Shown here: in pieces, positions 38,333 to 46,707 of the stretch
How the letters are laid out: the number at the start of each line of letters is the position of its first letter
Position numbering within the stretch: position 1 is the stretch's first letter
Origin: Oscillospiraceae bacterium
GTDB taxonomy: Bacteria > Bacillota > Clostridia > Oscillospirales > Oscillospiraceae
Direction: 5' to 3'
Assembly (NCBI GenBank): GCA_017440925.1
Contig: JAFSAP010000019.1
Coordinates: 23,502 to 87,501, forward strand
Length of the DNA stretch: 64,000 nucleotides
Made by a program: the position numbers and the translations under genes
The notes under the pieces: generated by a model
What the model was told of the DNA's origin: nothing
The model's database searches: none
What the model saw: only the letters and a program-made list of their open reading frames with translations

Positions 38333-38974
38333 ATGGAAAACAAAAAGATCTCCAAATTTGTACTCAAACGGCTGCCGGGCTATCTGTCCTACCTGAAGAG
38401 CTTGCCCGATTCAGCGCCGGATCATATTTCCGCAACTACGCTTGCCAATGCTCTGGGCATGGGCCAGGTGCAGGTTCGTAAGGATCTTGCCATTGTTTCT
38501 GACGGCGGCCGTCCCAAGATCGGTTATCTGCGAAAGGATCTGATCAATGATATCGAACAGTTCCTGGGCTATGACAATACCACCGATGCAGTTTTGATCG
38601 GTGCCGGTAAACTGGGACAGGCGCTGATGGGCTATAAGGGCTTTGATGAATACGGCCTGAATATTCTGGCGGCTTTCGATGCTTTTCCGAAAATTGAGCG
38701 CACAGAAGAGGGGAAGCCCATTTACCATATTTCCAAGCTGGAGGAATTCTGCCGGGAGAACAAGGTGCTCATGGGCATCATCACTGTCCCTGCTGAACAT
38801 GCCCAGGGTGTGGCAGACCAGCTGATCGCCGGCGGCATCAAGGCCATCTGGACCTTTGCACCTACCCATCTGGATGTGCCGGGGAATATTCTGGTGCAGT
38901 ATGAGAACATGGCGACCAGTCTGGCTGTGCTTTCTGTCCATCTGCAGGCCCAGATCAACGAAGAAAAGAAGTAA
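38333..38974 (+). CDS. rex: Redox-sensing repressor Rex
   Basis: RLP.Y, QVRKDL, G....GY, IGAGKLG.AL, IW.FAP. Confidence 0.9.
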   Translation: MENKKISKFVLKRLPGYLSYLKSLPDSAPDHISATTLANALGMGQVQVRKDLAIVSDGGRPKIGYLRKDLINDIEQFLGYDNTTDAVLIGAGKLGQALMGYKGFDEYGLNILAAFDAFPKIERTEEGKPIYHISKLEEFCRENKVLMGIITVPAEHAQGVADQLIAGGIKAIWTFAPTHLDVPGNILVQYENMATSLAVLSVHLQAQINEEKK

Positions 38975-38981
38975 AGGAAAA

Positions 38982-39005
38982 TCCCGGCAGGTTTACCTGC
39001 CGGGA
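38982..39005. terminator. Hairpin between convergent genes
   Basis: tcccggcaggt-tt-acctgccggga. Confidence 0.65.
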
Positions 39006-39039
39006 ATAATTTTGCGCTATGGTTTTGTGTTCTCGAAAT

Positions 39040-39633
39040 TCAGCCTGCAAAAGCAGCAATGGTCTTTTTCAGATGCAGAAGGCAGATGATCTCAATCACT
39101 GCTTTGATAAGAGTGATCAGCAAAACTGCAGCAGTAATAATTGTGTCCTCGCTAATGTTGGACATTACGGCAACGACCACAGCGAAAACGGTAAACAGGC
39201 TGCCGGCCAGTCCGATCCCCAGTTTCCAGTGAAACAGGGAAATCCATTTTCCGGCAAGGGCTGGTGCCTGCTCCGCGCAAAGCTCTGAATGGGCACCATA
39301 TTCCTGGTACAAAGCAATCAGTGAGCAGATAGAAAACAGGGAACCCAATGCATTGGCGGTGCTTACCATACTGATCAGTTCACCGCATAAGGCGAAGCAT
39401 AGGAAAATTGCGGCTTTGCGGTATCGGATATTGACGGAGGATAGCCGAAACAGCACAGCGATCAGAAAGATCTGCAGAATGATATTCAGCCAGCTGATAA
39501 GTATGACCTGCCGGATAAAGATGACAGAACTGAAAACGACCAGTTGAAGGGCATACAGCCAAAACAGGATATTCAGCCACTTTGCAGTGAACATATTTTT
39601 CTCAGCCGCAGGGATATGTTCTGTGAAATCCAT
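39040..39633 (-). CDS. Hypothetical multi-TM membrane protein
   Basis: 197 aa, about 6 hydrophobic segments, RBS aaggaggg. Confidence 0.7.
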   Translation of the reverse strand: MDFTEHIPAAEKNMFTAKWLNILFWLYALQLVVFSSVIFIRQVILISWLNIILQIFLIAVLFRLSSVNIRYRKAAIFLCFALCGELISMVSTANALGSLFSICSLIALYQEYGAHSELCAEQAPALAGKWISLFHWKLGIGLAGSLFTVFAVVVAVMSNISEDTIITAAVLLITLIKAVIEIICLLHLKKTIAAFAG

Positions 39634-39662
39634 GGGTTTCCCTCCTTTCCCAACTGTGCCGG

Positions 39663-40364
39663 TTATTCTTCGTTGCGAACGGATGCGCCGGTAAGTTTAC
39701 GGTAAAAGGCGGCCTCTGCTGCATTTTTGTAGGGGTTCAGAACCAGATGCCCGATATTCAGTGTAATGGCAGCCAGAATATCCCAGCCGATAAAAGTAAA
39801 GTGCAGGATGAACAGTTCCCCCTTGTGGCCGTCCATCAGCTCTTTGGAACGTTCAATGGCCTCGCTGGCGGTCAGTTCCGGATGGTCAGCCATGATGTAG
39901 GGAGTCATGGCGTACTTGTAATGGGCGATGATACCGGGGACGATCAGCAGCAGGCTCCAAAGAGCAGTATACAGTTCCCGGAGGAAAGCCTGGGCAAAGC
40001 CCTGGCCGAACCGGTGGAACTGGGAAAACAGGTCATTGAAGGAATATTCCTGCTGTTCATGCTGCTTCAAAAGGATATGGGCGTAGCCCAGCTGGATCAC
40101 ACCGCTGACGAGAAAACGGACCAGCGTCAGCAGATTGATGCTGATGAATGTGTTGCCGAAATGCCTGCCAATGGTAAATGCATTGCTGAGGGCATCCTTC
40201 AGAGTAACATCTTCCCCTCGGATGTAATAAGTGAACTGAGGCAGAAAACTGCTGCCAACCATAAGGCCACCCAGCAGCCAGGCGATGGCAGCCACGGCAA
40301 TGGCCAGTGCCCAGCGTCCTGCAAGATTTTCCCGGGCCTGGGCCCGTATCTGTTTATAATCCAT
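39663..40364 (-). CDS. DUF975 membrane protein
   Basis: LWSLLLIVPGII..Y.Y....YI....P....AI..S..LM.GHK..LF. Confidence 0.9.
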   Translation of the reverse strand: MDYKQIRAQARENLAGRWALAIAVAAIAWLLGGLMVGSSFLPQFTYYIRGEDVTLKDALSNAFTIGRHFGNTFISINLLTLVRFLVSGVIQLGYAHILLKQHEQQEYSFNDLFSQFHRFGQGFAQAFLRELYTALWSLLLIVPGIIAHYKYAMTPYIMADHPELTASEAIERSKELMDGHKGELFILHFTFIGWDILAAITLNIGHLVLNPYKNAAEAAFYRKLTGASVRNEE

Positions 40365-40453
40365 AGTCATACCTCCTTCTTTTTCTATAATTTTATTATA
40401 GAAAAAATCAGAAATGATTGTATGACGAAACTGTAAATACTATGGCAGAAAAG

Positions 40454-40720
40454 GAAAATGGTGCGTGAATCCCACGCACCATTTTGCGGACTGTTAAAAT
40501 AGCCTCGCAGAGTTTTCTGCGAAAGCAGAAAATAAAATGAAAATCATTTTGCGCCGGGGCATGTACCTGGCGCAAAATACTTCTCAGGCTGCAAGTGTGG
40601 AATTAGTTCGTCATTGGACGAACTAATTATGCGCGCAGCAGACTGCAAAAATGGCGGAAAAGCCCGAAGGGGTTTTTCGACAAGTTAGAAAATGGTGCGT
40701 GAATCCCACGCACCATTTTG
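40454..40720. mobile_element. 201-bp non-coding MITE-like insertion (40487-40687) flanked by an identical 33-bp direct repeat of a terminator hairpin
   Basis: gaaaatggtgcgtgaatcccacgcaccattttg at 40454-40486 and 40688-40720; imperfect terminal inverted repeats; three internal hairpins. Confidence 0.75.
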
Positions 40721-40722
40721 GA

Positions 40723-41043
40723 TTATTCTTCTATGTATTTCACAAAGCCTAGGCCGAGATAGTCCAGATATACATGCTTATCCGGGGTTTTGCCCATAGT
40801 GACCCGGTGGCAGTATACTTCCCATACCGGCTCACCCTCCAGATCTGTCTTCTGGATCTCGAATACATGGTTCCAGCTTCTGCCTTCCAGATACAGATTG
40901 TCCCGGTCGATCCGGATCAGTTCCGGACGGCGGAAATTGAAGGTAGGAAAGGCATTCTTCAGACAGGTTTCAAAGAAAAGCTGGCCATCGCGAATGCTGC
41001 AAAGTTCAAAAGTGTTCCGAATCAATGCACTGTAGTTTTCCAT
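40723..41043 (-). CDS. Hypothetical protein
   Basis: 106-aa ORF with RBS gggagg, followed by terminator. Confidence 0.6.
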   Translation of the reverse strand: MENYSALIRNTFELCSIRDGQLFFETCLKNAFPTFNFRRPELIRIDRDNLYLEGRSWNHVFEIQKTDLEGEPVWEVYCHRVTMGKTPDKHVYLDYLGLGFVKYIEE

Positions 41044-41074
41044 AAATGAACCTCCCTGCTGTTATCTGACTGTT

Positions 41075-41461
41075 TTACAGTTTTGCATATGCTTTTTCCA
41101 GGAATTTTTGGCTGTTGACAATGACACGGGTATGGGTACCCCGGCCAATCTCACCCACTTCATCAAATGCAGTGACCTTGAAGGTGATGACTTTTCCTTC
41201 TACGGCAGTAACTTCTGCCTCGGCCCGGACTTCCAGCCCTACAGGTGTGGCAGAGATGTGCTCAATATTCAGCGCAGTGCCGACAGTGGTCTGGGAATCC
41301 CCAAGGCAGTCAGCAATGGCTTCACAGGCGGCGCCTTCCATCAGCGCAACCATGCAGGGTGTGGCATAGACCAGCAGATCACCGGAGCCAACTTCCTTGG
41401 CGGTGTCCTCCCGCTCTGCCAGCGTGCCGACTTCCCCTTTTAATCCGACTGTTATTTCCAT
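41075..41461 (-). CDS. FlK-type hotdog-fold thioesterase
   Basis: GSG...VYATP.MVALME.A, TVGT.LNIEH..ATPVG, G.G.H.R; start at ATG 41461 after gaaagg. Confidence 0.9.
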   Translation of the reverse strand: MEITVGLKGEVGTLAEREDTAKEVGSGDLLVYATPCMVALMEGAACEAIADCLGDSQTTVGTALNIEHISATPVGLEVRAEAEVTAVEGKVITFKVTAFDEVGEIGRGTHTRVIVNSQKFLEKAYAKL

Positions 41462-41644
41462 AATGATCACAACCTTTCTACTTAAACTATACCCGAAAGC
41501 GCTTCCGGTGTCAAGAAAAGGGAGGCTGATCGAAAAAAATTCTGCCACAATCTGCAAATACAGCTGTCTTGTCAGTGAAAAGGACTTGCCAACCGGGGAA
41601 ATATTCAGTATAATCATTCCAAATAAACTTATGAGGTGACTGTT

Positions 41645-43096
41645 ATGGTTGTCAACGAGAAACTCAACCTGACCATGCTCTGTGATTTTTATGAACTGAC
41701 CATGAGCCAGGGATATTTTGCAAACGGATATAAAGACCGGATTACCTATTTTGACCTGTTCTTCCGCCGTTGTCCCGATGGCGGCGGCTTTGCCATTGCT
41801 GCCGGCCTGGAGCAGATCGTCCATTATATCCAGGATCTGCATTTTAGCGAAGAAGACATCGAATATCTCCGGGGCAGGGAATTGTTCAGCGAAGAATTCC
41901 TGGACTATCTCCGGGATTTCAAGTTCACCGGTGATATCTGGGCGGTTCCCGAGGGTACGCCCATGTTCCCCAAAGAGCCCATCATCACTGTCCGTGCCCC
42001 TGCCATTCAGGCCCAGCTGATCGAAACCTATCTGCTGCTGTGCGTCAACCACCAGAGTCTGATTGCCACCAAGGCAAACCGGGTGGCACGGGCTGCTGAG
42101 GGAAGAACGGTTCTGGAATTTGGTTCCCGCCGGGCTCAGGGTGCAGATGCTGCTATTCTGGGTGCCCGTGCTGCCTATATCGGCGGCTGCCACGGCACTG
42201 CCTGCACCATTTCTGACCAGCTTTTTGGCGTTAAGGCTGGCGGTACCATGGCCCACGCCTGGGTGCAGATGTTTGATACTGAATATGAAGCCTTTAAAGC
42301 CTACGCTGAAATGTACCCCAATAACTGCACCCTGCTGGTGGATACTTATAATACACTGAAGTCCGGTGTGCCCAATGCCATCCGTGTCTTTAACGAGGTG
42401 CTGAAGCCCAGGGGTATTACCAAGTGCGGTATCCGCCTGGATTCCGGCGACATGGCCTATTTGACCCAGAAAGCCAGAGCCATGCTGGATGAAGCTGGCT
42501 GGACTGGCTGTCAGATCTCTGTTTCCAATTCTCTGGATGAGTATATCATCCGGGATGTGCTGCGCCAGGGTGCCAAGATCGACCTGTTCGGTGTTGGTGA
42601 GCGCCTGATTACAGCCAGAAGTGAGCCTGTTTTTGGCGGCGTCTACAAATTGGTGGCGGTGGAGAAGGAAGACGGTACCGTAGTGCCCAAGATCAAGATT
42701 TCTGAGAATGTGGGCAAGATCACCAATCCCCATTATAAGAAATTGTACCGCTTCTTCGGCAATGACACCGGCAAGGCCATTGCTGACTATATGTGCGTTT
42801 ATGACGAAGTCGTGGACGACAGCAAGGATATGGAGATTTTCGATCCCGATGCCACCTGGAAGACCAAGACAGTCTATGATTTCACGGCTAAGGAACTGCA
42901 GGTTCCCATTTTCAAAGACGGTGAGCTGGTGTATGAGCTGCCCAGTCTGAAGCAGATCCGCACCTACTGCCTGCGGCAGGTGGATACCCTGTGGGATGAA
43001 GTGAAGCGGTTTGACAATCCCCATACCTATTATGTGGATCTGAGCCAGAAGCTTTGGGATATTAAGTACGGCCTGCTGAAACAGAATGCGAAGTAA
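41645..43096 (+). CDS. pncB: Nicotinate phosphoribosyltransferase
   Basis: DFYELTM, EFGSRRAQG, GTMAHAW, LVDTY, IRLDSGD, GVYKL. Confidence 0.95.
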   Translation: MVVNEKLNLTMLCDFYELTMSQGYFANGYKDRITYFDLFFRRCPDGGGFAIAAGLEQIVHYIQDLHFSEEDIEYLRGRELFSEEFLDYLRDFKFTGDIWAVPEGTPMFPKEPIITVRAPAIQAQLIETYLLLCVNHQSLIATKANRVARAAEGRTVLEFGSRRAQGADAAILGARAAYIGGCHGTACTISDQLFGVKAGGTMAHAWVQMFDTEYEAFKAYAEMYPNNCTLLVDTYNTLKSGVPNAIRVFNEVLKPRGITKCGIRLDSGDMAYLTQKARAMLDEAGWTGCQISVSNSLDEYIIRDVLRQGAKIDLFGVGERLITARSEPVFGGVYKLVAVEKEDGTVVPKIKISENVGKITNPHYKKLYRFFGNDTGKAIADYMCVYDEVVDDSKDMEIFDPDATWKTKTVYDFTAKELQVPIFKDGELVYELPSLKQIRTYCLRQVDTLWDEVKRFDNPHTYYVDLSQKLWDIKYGLLKQNAK

Positions 43097-43580
43097 GGCG
43101 TATCCTGTTGCACTGGGCGGTATGATGGCGGCGCTGTCGGTGGTGCTGATGAGCATCGGCACAATCCTTCCGGTTGCTACCTATGCGGCCCCGGTGCTCT
43201 GCATGATGGCAGGGCAGATAGTTCTGAAGCTGTGCGGAAGCCGGATCGCCTGGGCCTGGTATGGAACTGTGAGTATTCTGTCTCTGCTTTTAGCACCGGA
43301 TAAGGAGGCAGCGGCTGTCTTTATCTGTCTGGGATATTATCCGATCGTCAAGCCGAAGCTGGACAGAATGCGGGGAAAATGGTTCTGGAAAGGGCTTTTG
43401 TTCAATAGCAGTATTCTGGCCCTGTATTGGGTGCTGCTGAAACTGATCGGCGTGGAACAGCTGGTGGAAGAATTTTCCGATATGGGTGCTGCCATGACAG
43501 CGGTGCTGCTGCTTCTTGGAAATGTGACCTTTTTCCTGCTGGACAGGCTGCTTGACAAGCGTCTCAAAAGGAAAAACTAA
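43086..43580 (+). CDS. Conserved hypothetical membrane protein
   Basis: A.GGM.AAL, PDKEAA..F...GYYP..K; overlaps pncB stop. Confidence 0.75.
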   Translation: MRSKAYPVALGGMMAALSVVLMSIGTILPVATYAAPVLCMMAGQIVLKLCGSRIAWAWYGTVSILSLLLAPDKEAAAVFICLGYYPIVKPKLDRMRGKWFWKGLLFNSSILALYWVLLKLIGVEQLVEEFSDMGAAMTAVLLLLGNVTFFLLDRLLDKRLKRKN

Positions 43581-43604
43581 GGGAGGGTTTTTAACCCTCC
43601 CTTA
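43578..43604 (+). terminator. Hairpin/terminator
   Basis: taagggagggtt-ttt-aaccctccctta. Confidence 0.65.
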
Positions 43605-43637
43605 AACATAAGCTTGGTTCTGTGGGGGTGCAGTTGT

Positions 43638-43916
43638 ATGGAAACAATCTGGTATTTGTATATTCTGCGTTGTGGCGATGATACGCTTTATACCGGTATC
43701 ACCACGGATGTGGAAAAACGCCTGGCTGCCCACCGGTCCGGAAAGGGCGCAAAGTATACCCGGGGAAGACAGCCGCTGGAACTGGTATACCGGGAATGCT
43801 GCGCAACCCATTCTGATGCGCTGAAACGGGAACTGGCAGTAAAAAAGTGCAGCAGACAGGAAAAGGAAATGCTTATACGGCAGTATTCTGAAGAAAAAAT
43901 GCTGGAAAATAAATGA
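43638..43916 (+). CDS. GIY-YIG nuclease (YazA/UPF0213)
   Basis: YLYILRC.D.TLYTGIT....RL..H..GKGAKYTR, ALKRE..K. Confidence 0.92.
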   Translation: METIWYLYILRCGDDTLYTGITTDVEKRLAAHRSGKGAKYTRGRQPLELVYRECCATHSDALKRELAVKKCSRQEKEMLIRQYSEEKMLENK

Positions 43917-43925
43917 AAAAGTCTC

Positions 43926-43977
43926 TTGACAAACGGTTAGCCATGGGTTATTATGGTGTAGTTAGCAAGGACTAACT
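43926..43977 (+). promoter_or_regulatory. feo promoter with DtxR/MntR-like palindromes
   Basis: TTGACA-17-TATTAT; agttag-caagga-ctaact (43960-43977); degenerate copy 43936-43951; third copy agttag-caaacg-ctaatt at 44255-44272. Confidence 0.65.
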
Positions 43978-44019
43978 GGCGCGGTTTTGCGCCTGTTTTG
44001 TCAGATGGGAGGAGAGAAT

Positions 44020-44241
44020 ATGAAAACTTTGAAAGATGCCCGGGTGGGGGATACCATCACTGTGGTGAAGCTCCATGGCGAAGGTGCTGTCCGCCGCAGG
44101 ATTATGGATATGGGCATTACCAAGAATGTGGAAATTTTTGTCCGCAAAGTGGCACCCCTGGGAGATCCTATTGAGATCAATGTTCGTGGTTATGAGTTGA
44201 GCCTGCGAAAGACCGATGCAGAGATGATTGAAGTCAGATAA
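44020..44241 (+). CDS. feoA: Ferrous iron transport protein A
   Basis: RRIMDMGI, APLGDP, RGYELSLRK. Confidence 0.95.
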   Translation: MKTLKDARVGDTITVVKLHGEGAVRRRIMDMGITKNVEIFVRKVAPLGDPIEINVRGYELSLRKTDAEMIEVR

Positions 44242-44290
44242 TTTTTTAGGCACAAGTTAGCAAACGCTAATTTGAAAGAGAGGAAGTTTT

Positions 44291-46462
44291 ATGAGTATTA
44301 AAATTGCCCTTGCAGGCAATCCGAATAGTGGCAAGACCACCCTGTTTAACATTCTCACCGGCTCCAACCAGTATGTTGGCAACTGGCCCGGTGTTACCGT
44401 AGAGAAAAAGGAAGGCAATCTGAAAGGATACGAGGATGTGGTGATCCAGGATCTGCCTGGCATTTATTCTCTGTCTCCCTATTCCCCGGAAGAACTTGTC
44501 ACACGTACATATCTGGTAGGGGAGCATCCGGATGCCATTTTGAATATCGTGGATGGCACCAATATTGAACGGAATCTGTACCTGACCACCCAGCTGATCG
44601 AGCTGGGCCATCCTGTGGTCATTGCCGTGAATATGATTGACCTGGTGCGGAAAAATGGCGATACCATTGATCTTGACAAACTCGGCCGGGCTCTGGGCTG
44701 TGCCTGTGTGGAGATCAGTGCACTGAAGGGTGAGGGCTGCTTTGAGGCAGCAAAGAAGGCGGTGGAACTGGCCAGAAACCACACCCACAGCGAGATCCCT
44801 CATGTCTATAACGGCAGCGTGGAGCATGCCCTGGCCCATATCGAAGAATCCATCGAGGGCAAGGTGGATTCCTGCTATCTGCGCTGGTATGCCATCAAGC
44901 TCTTTGAGCGGGATGAAATGGTGCGTAAGGAAGTAGGTCTGGACAGCGGTCTGCTTGCCCATATTGAAAAACACATCATCGACTGTGAGTGGGAGATGGA
45001 TGATGATGCGGAATCCATCGTTGCTGACCAGCGTTATACTTATATCGAGCGGATCATTGCCAGAGCAGTTACCAAGAAAGCTGCCAAGCATTCGCTGACG
45101 CTGTCTGATAAGATCGACCGGATCGTCACAGACCGGATCCTGGCCCTGCCTATCTTTGCCGGTGTTATGTTCCTGATGTATGCCATTGCCATGGGAAGCT
45201 TCCCCTTCTCAATCGGCACTATGGGTACGGACTGGGCAAACGATGTGCTGTTTGGGGAATGGATCCCTAATCTGCTTGATACTGTTCTGACTTCCTTGGG
45301 TGTCAGCGGATGGCTGTATGGCCTGGTGATGGATGGTATTGTGGCCGGTGTGGGCGCGGTTCTGGGCTTTGTGCCTCAGATTCTGGTGCTGTCTCTGCTG
45401 CTGTCCGTTCTGGAAGATGTGGGTTATATGTCCCGCGTTGCATTCATTATGGACCGTATTCTGCGGAAATTCGGCCTGTCCGGCAAGTCCATTATTCCGA
45501 TGCTGGTTGCTACCGGCTGCGGTGTCCCCGGAATTCTGGCTTCCCGTACCATTGAGCAGGAGCGTGACCGGAAAATTACCGTCATGACCACTGGATTCAT
45601 CCCCTGTGGTGCTAAAATGCCCATTATCGGCCTGTTTGCCGGAGCCATTTTCGGAAATTCCCCGCTGGTTGCAGTGTCTGCCTTCTTCATTGGTGTTTCT
45701 GCTGTGGTGGTTTCCGGTGTGATCCTGAAGAAGTTCAAATCCCTGGCTGGCAAACCTGCCCCCTTTGTTATGGAACTGCCTGCTTACCATCTGCCTTCTC
45801 CCCGGAATGTGCTTCGTTCCACCATGGAGCGTGGCTGGGACTTCGTCAAGCGTGCAGCCACCATCGTGTTGCTGAGCTCCATTGTTCTGTGGTTCCTGCA
45901 GAGCTATGGCTTTGTGGATGGTACTTTCATGGCGGTGGAGGATAACAACGTCTCTCTGCTGGCGGATCTGGGCAAAGCCATTGCATGGATCTTCTATCCC
46001 TTGGGCTGGATGGGCGATATGGCCTGGAAGGCAACCATTGCCACCATTACCGGCCTGATTGCCAAGGAAGAGGTTGTTATGACCTTCGGTACCCTGTATA
46101 ACTATGCCGGCGAACTCAGCGAAGCCGGTGACGAGATCTGGGGCATGATCGCTGCAGATTTTGGTCCTGTCCGTGCCTACAGCTTTATGATCTTCAACCT
46201 GCTGTGTGCACCTTGCTTTGCAGCCATCGGCGCCATCAAGCGGGAAATGCACGATATGAGGTGGACAGTGGCAACCATTGCCTATATGTGCATCTTTGCC
46301 TATGTTATTTCCATGATCGTATTCCAGTTGGTTGGCCTGTTTACGGGGGAAGCTACCTTTGGTATCTTTACCATTGCTGCGGTGGCAGCGCTGGCAGGAT
46401 TGCTGTATCTGATCCTGCGCAAAAATAAATACGCCGATACGAAAGTAAAAGTCGGTGTGTAA
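44291..46462 (+). CDS. feoB: Ferrous iron transport protein B
   Basis: GNPNSGKTT, VGNWPGVTVE, DLPGIYS, NMID, PFVMELP.Y, AKE.VV. Confidence 0.97.
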   Translation: MSIKIALAGNPNSGKTTLFNILTGSNQYVGNWPGVTVEKKEGNLKGYEDVVIQDLPGIYSLSPYSPEELVTRTYLVGEHPDAILNIVDGTNIERNLYLTTQLIELGHPVVIAVNMIDLVRKNGDTIDLDKLGRALGCACVEISALKGEGCFEAAKKAVELARNHTHSEIPHVYNGSVEHALAHIEESIEGKVDSCYLRWYAIKLFERDEMVRKEVGLDSGLLAHIEKHIIDCEWEMDDDAESIVADQRYTYIERIIARAVTKKAAKHSLTLSDKIDRIVTDRILALPIFAGVMFLMYAIAMGSFPFSIGTMGTDWANDVLFGEWIPNLLDTVLTSLGVSGWLYGLVMDGIVAGVGAVLGFVPQILVLSLLLSVLEDVGYMSRVAFIMDRILRKFGLSGKSIIPMLVATGCGVPGILASRTIEQERDRKITVMTTGFIPCGAKMPIIGLFAGAIFGNSPLVAVSAFFIGVSAVVVSGVILKKFKSLAGKPAPFVMELPAYHLPSPRNVLRSTMERGWDFVKRAATIVLLSSIVLWFLQSYGFVDGTFMAVEDNNVSLLADLGKAIAWIFYPLGWMGDMAWKATIATITGLIAKEEVVMTFGTLYNYAGELSEAGDEIWGMIAADFGPVRAYSFMIFNLLCAPCFAAIGAIKREMHDMRWTVATIAYMCIFAYVISMIVFQLVGLFTGEATFGIFTIAAVAALAGLLYLILRKNKYADTKVKVGV

Positions 46463-46486
46463 TTCCAAAAGAAAGGTGTGAGGCGA

Positions 46487-46663
46487 ATGACATTAGGTGA
46501 TATCATTGTAATTGCAGTTCTGGCGCTTGTGGTTGGCCTCATTATCCGGGGCATGATCCGGGATAAGAAGCAGGGGAAATGCTGTGGCTGCTCCGGTTGC
46601 AGCGGATGCAGTTCCTGCAGCAGTTGTGCCCATTGTGGCAGCTGCCCCGGCAGAACAGAATAA
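46487..46663 (+). CDS. FeoB-associated Cys-rich membrane protein
   Basis: One TM then CCGCSGCSGCSSCSSCAHCGSC. Confidence 0.85.
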   Translation: MTLGDIIVIAVLALVVGLIIRGMIRDKKQGKCCGCSGCSGCSSCSSCAHCGSCPGRTE

Positions 46664-46700
46664 AAAATAAGCGAAGGGTTCGTCCCTTCGCTTATTTTTT
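46662..46700. terminator. Bidirectional terminator
   Basis: aaaaaataagcgaaggg-ttcgt-cccttcgcttatttttt. Confidence 0.85.
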
Positions 46701-46707
46701 GTGTAGG

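Noticed and set aside
40454-40720. Possible mini-CRISPR (two identical 33-bp palindromic repeats)
   Set aside because: Only two repeats, 201-bp spacer, no cas genes; the repeat is a terminator hairpin, better explained as a target duplication.
41075-43162. 695-aa minus-strand ORF appearing as a thioesterase fusion
   Set aside because: Only the last 128 aa are a real thioesterase with its own RBS; the rest is the antisense shadow of pncB.
43638-43916. GIY-YIG gene as a homing endonuclease or REP-mobilising nuclease
   Set aside because: Looks like the ordinary stand-alone YazA/UPF0213 family and has no flanking repeats or intron context.
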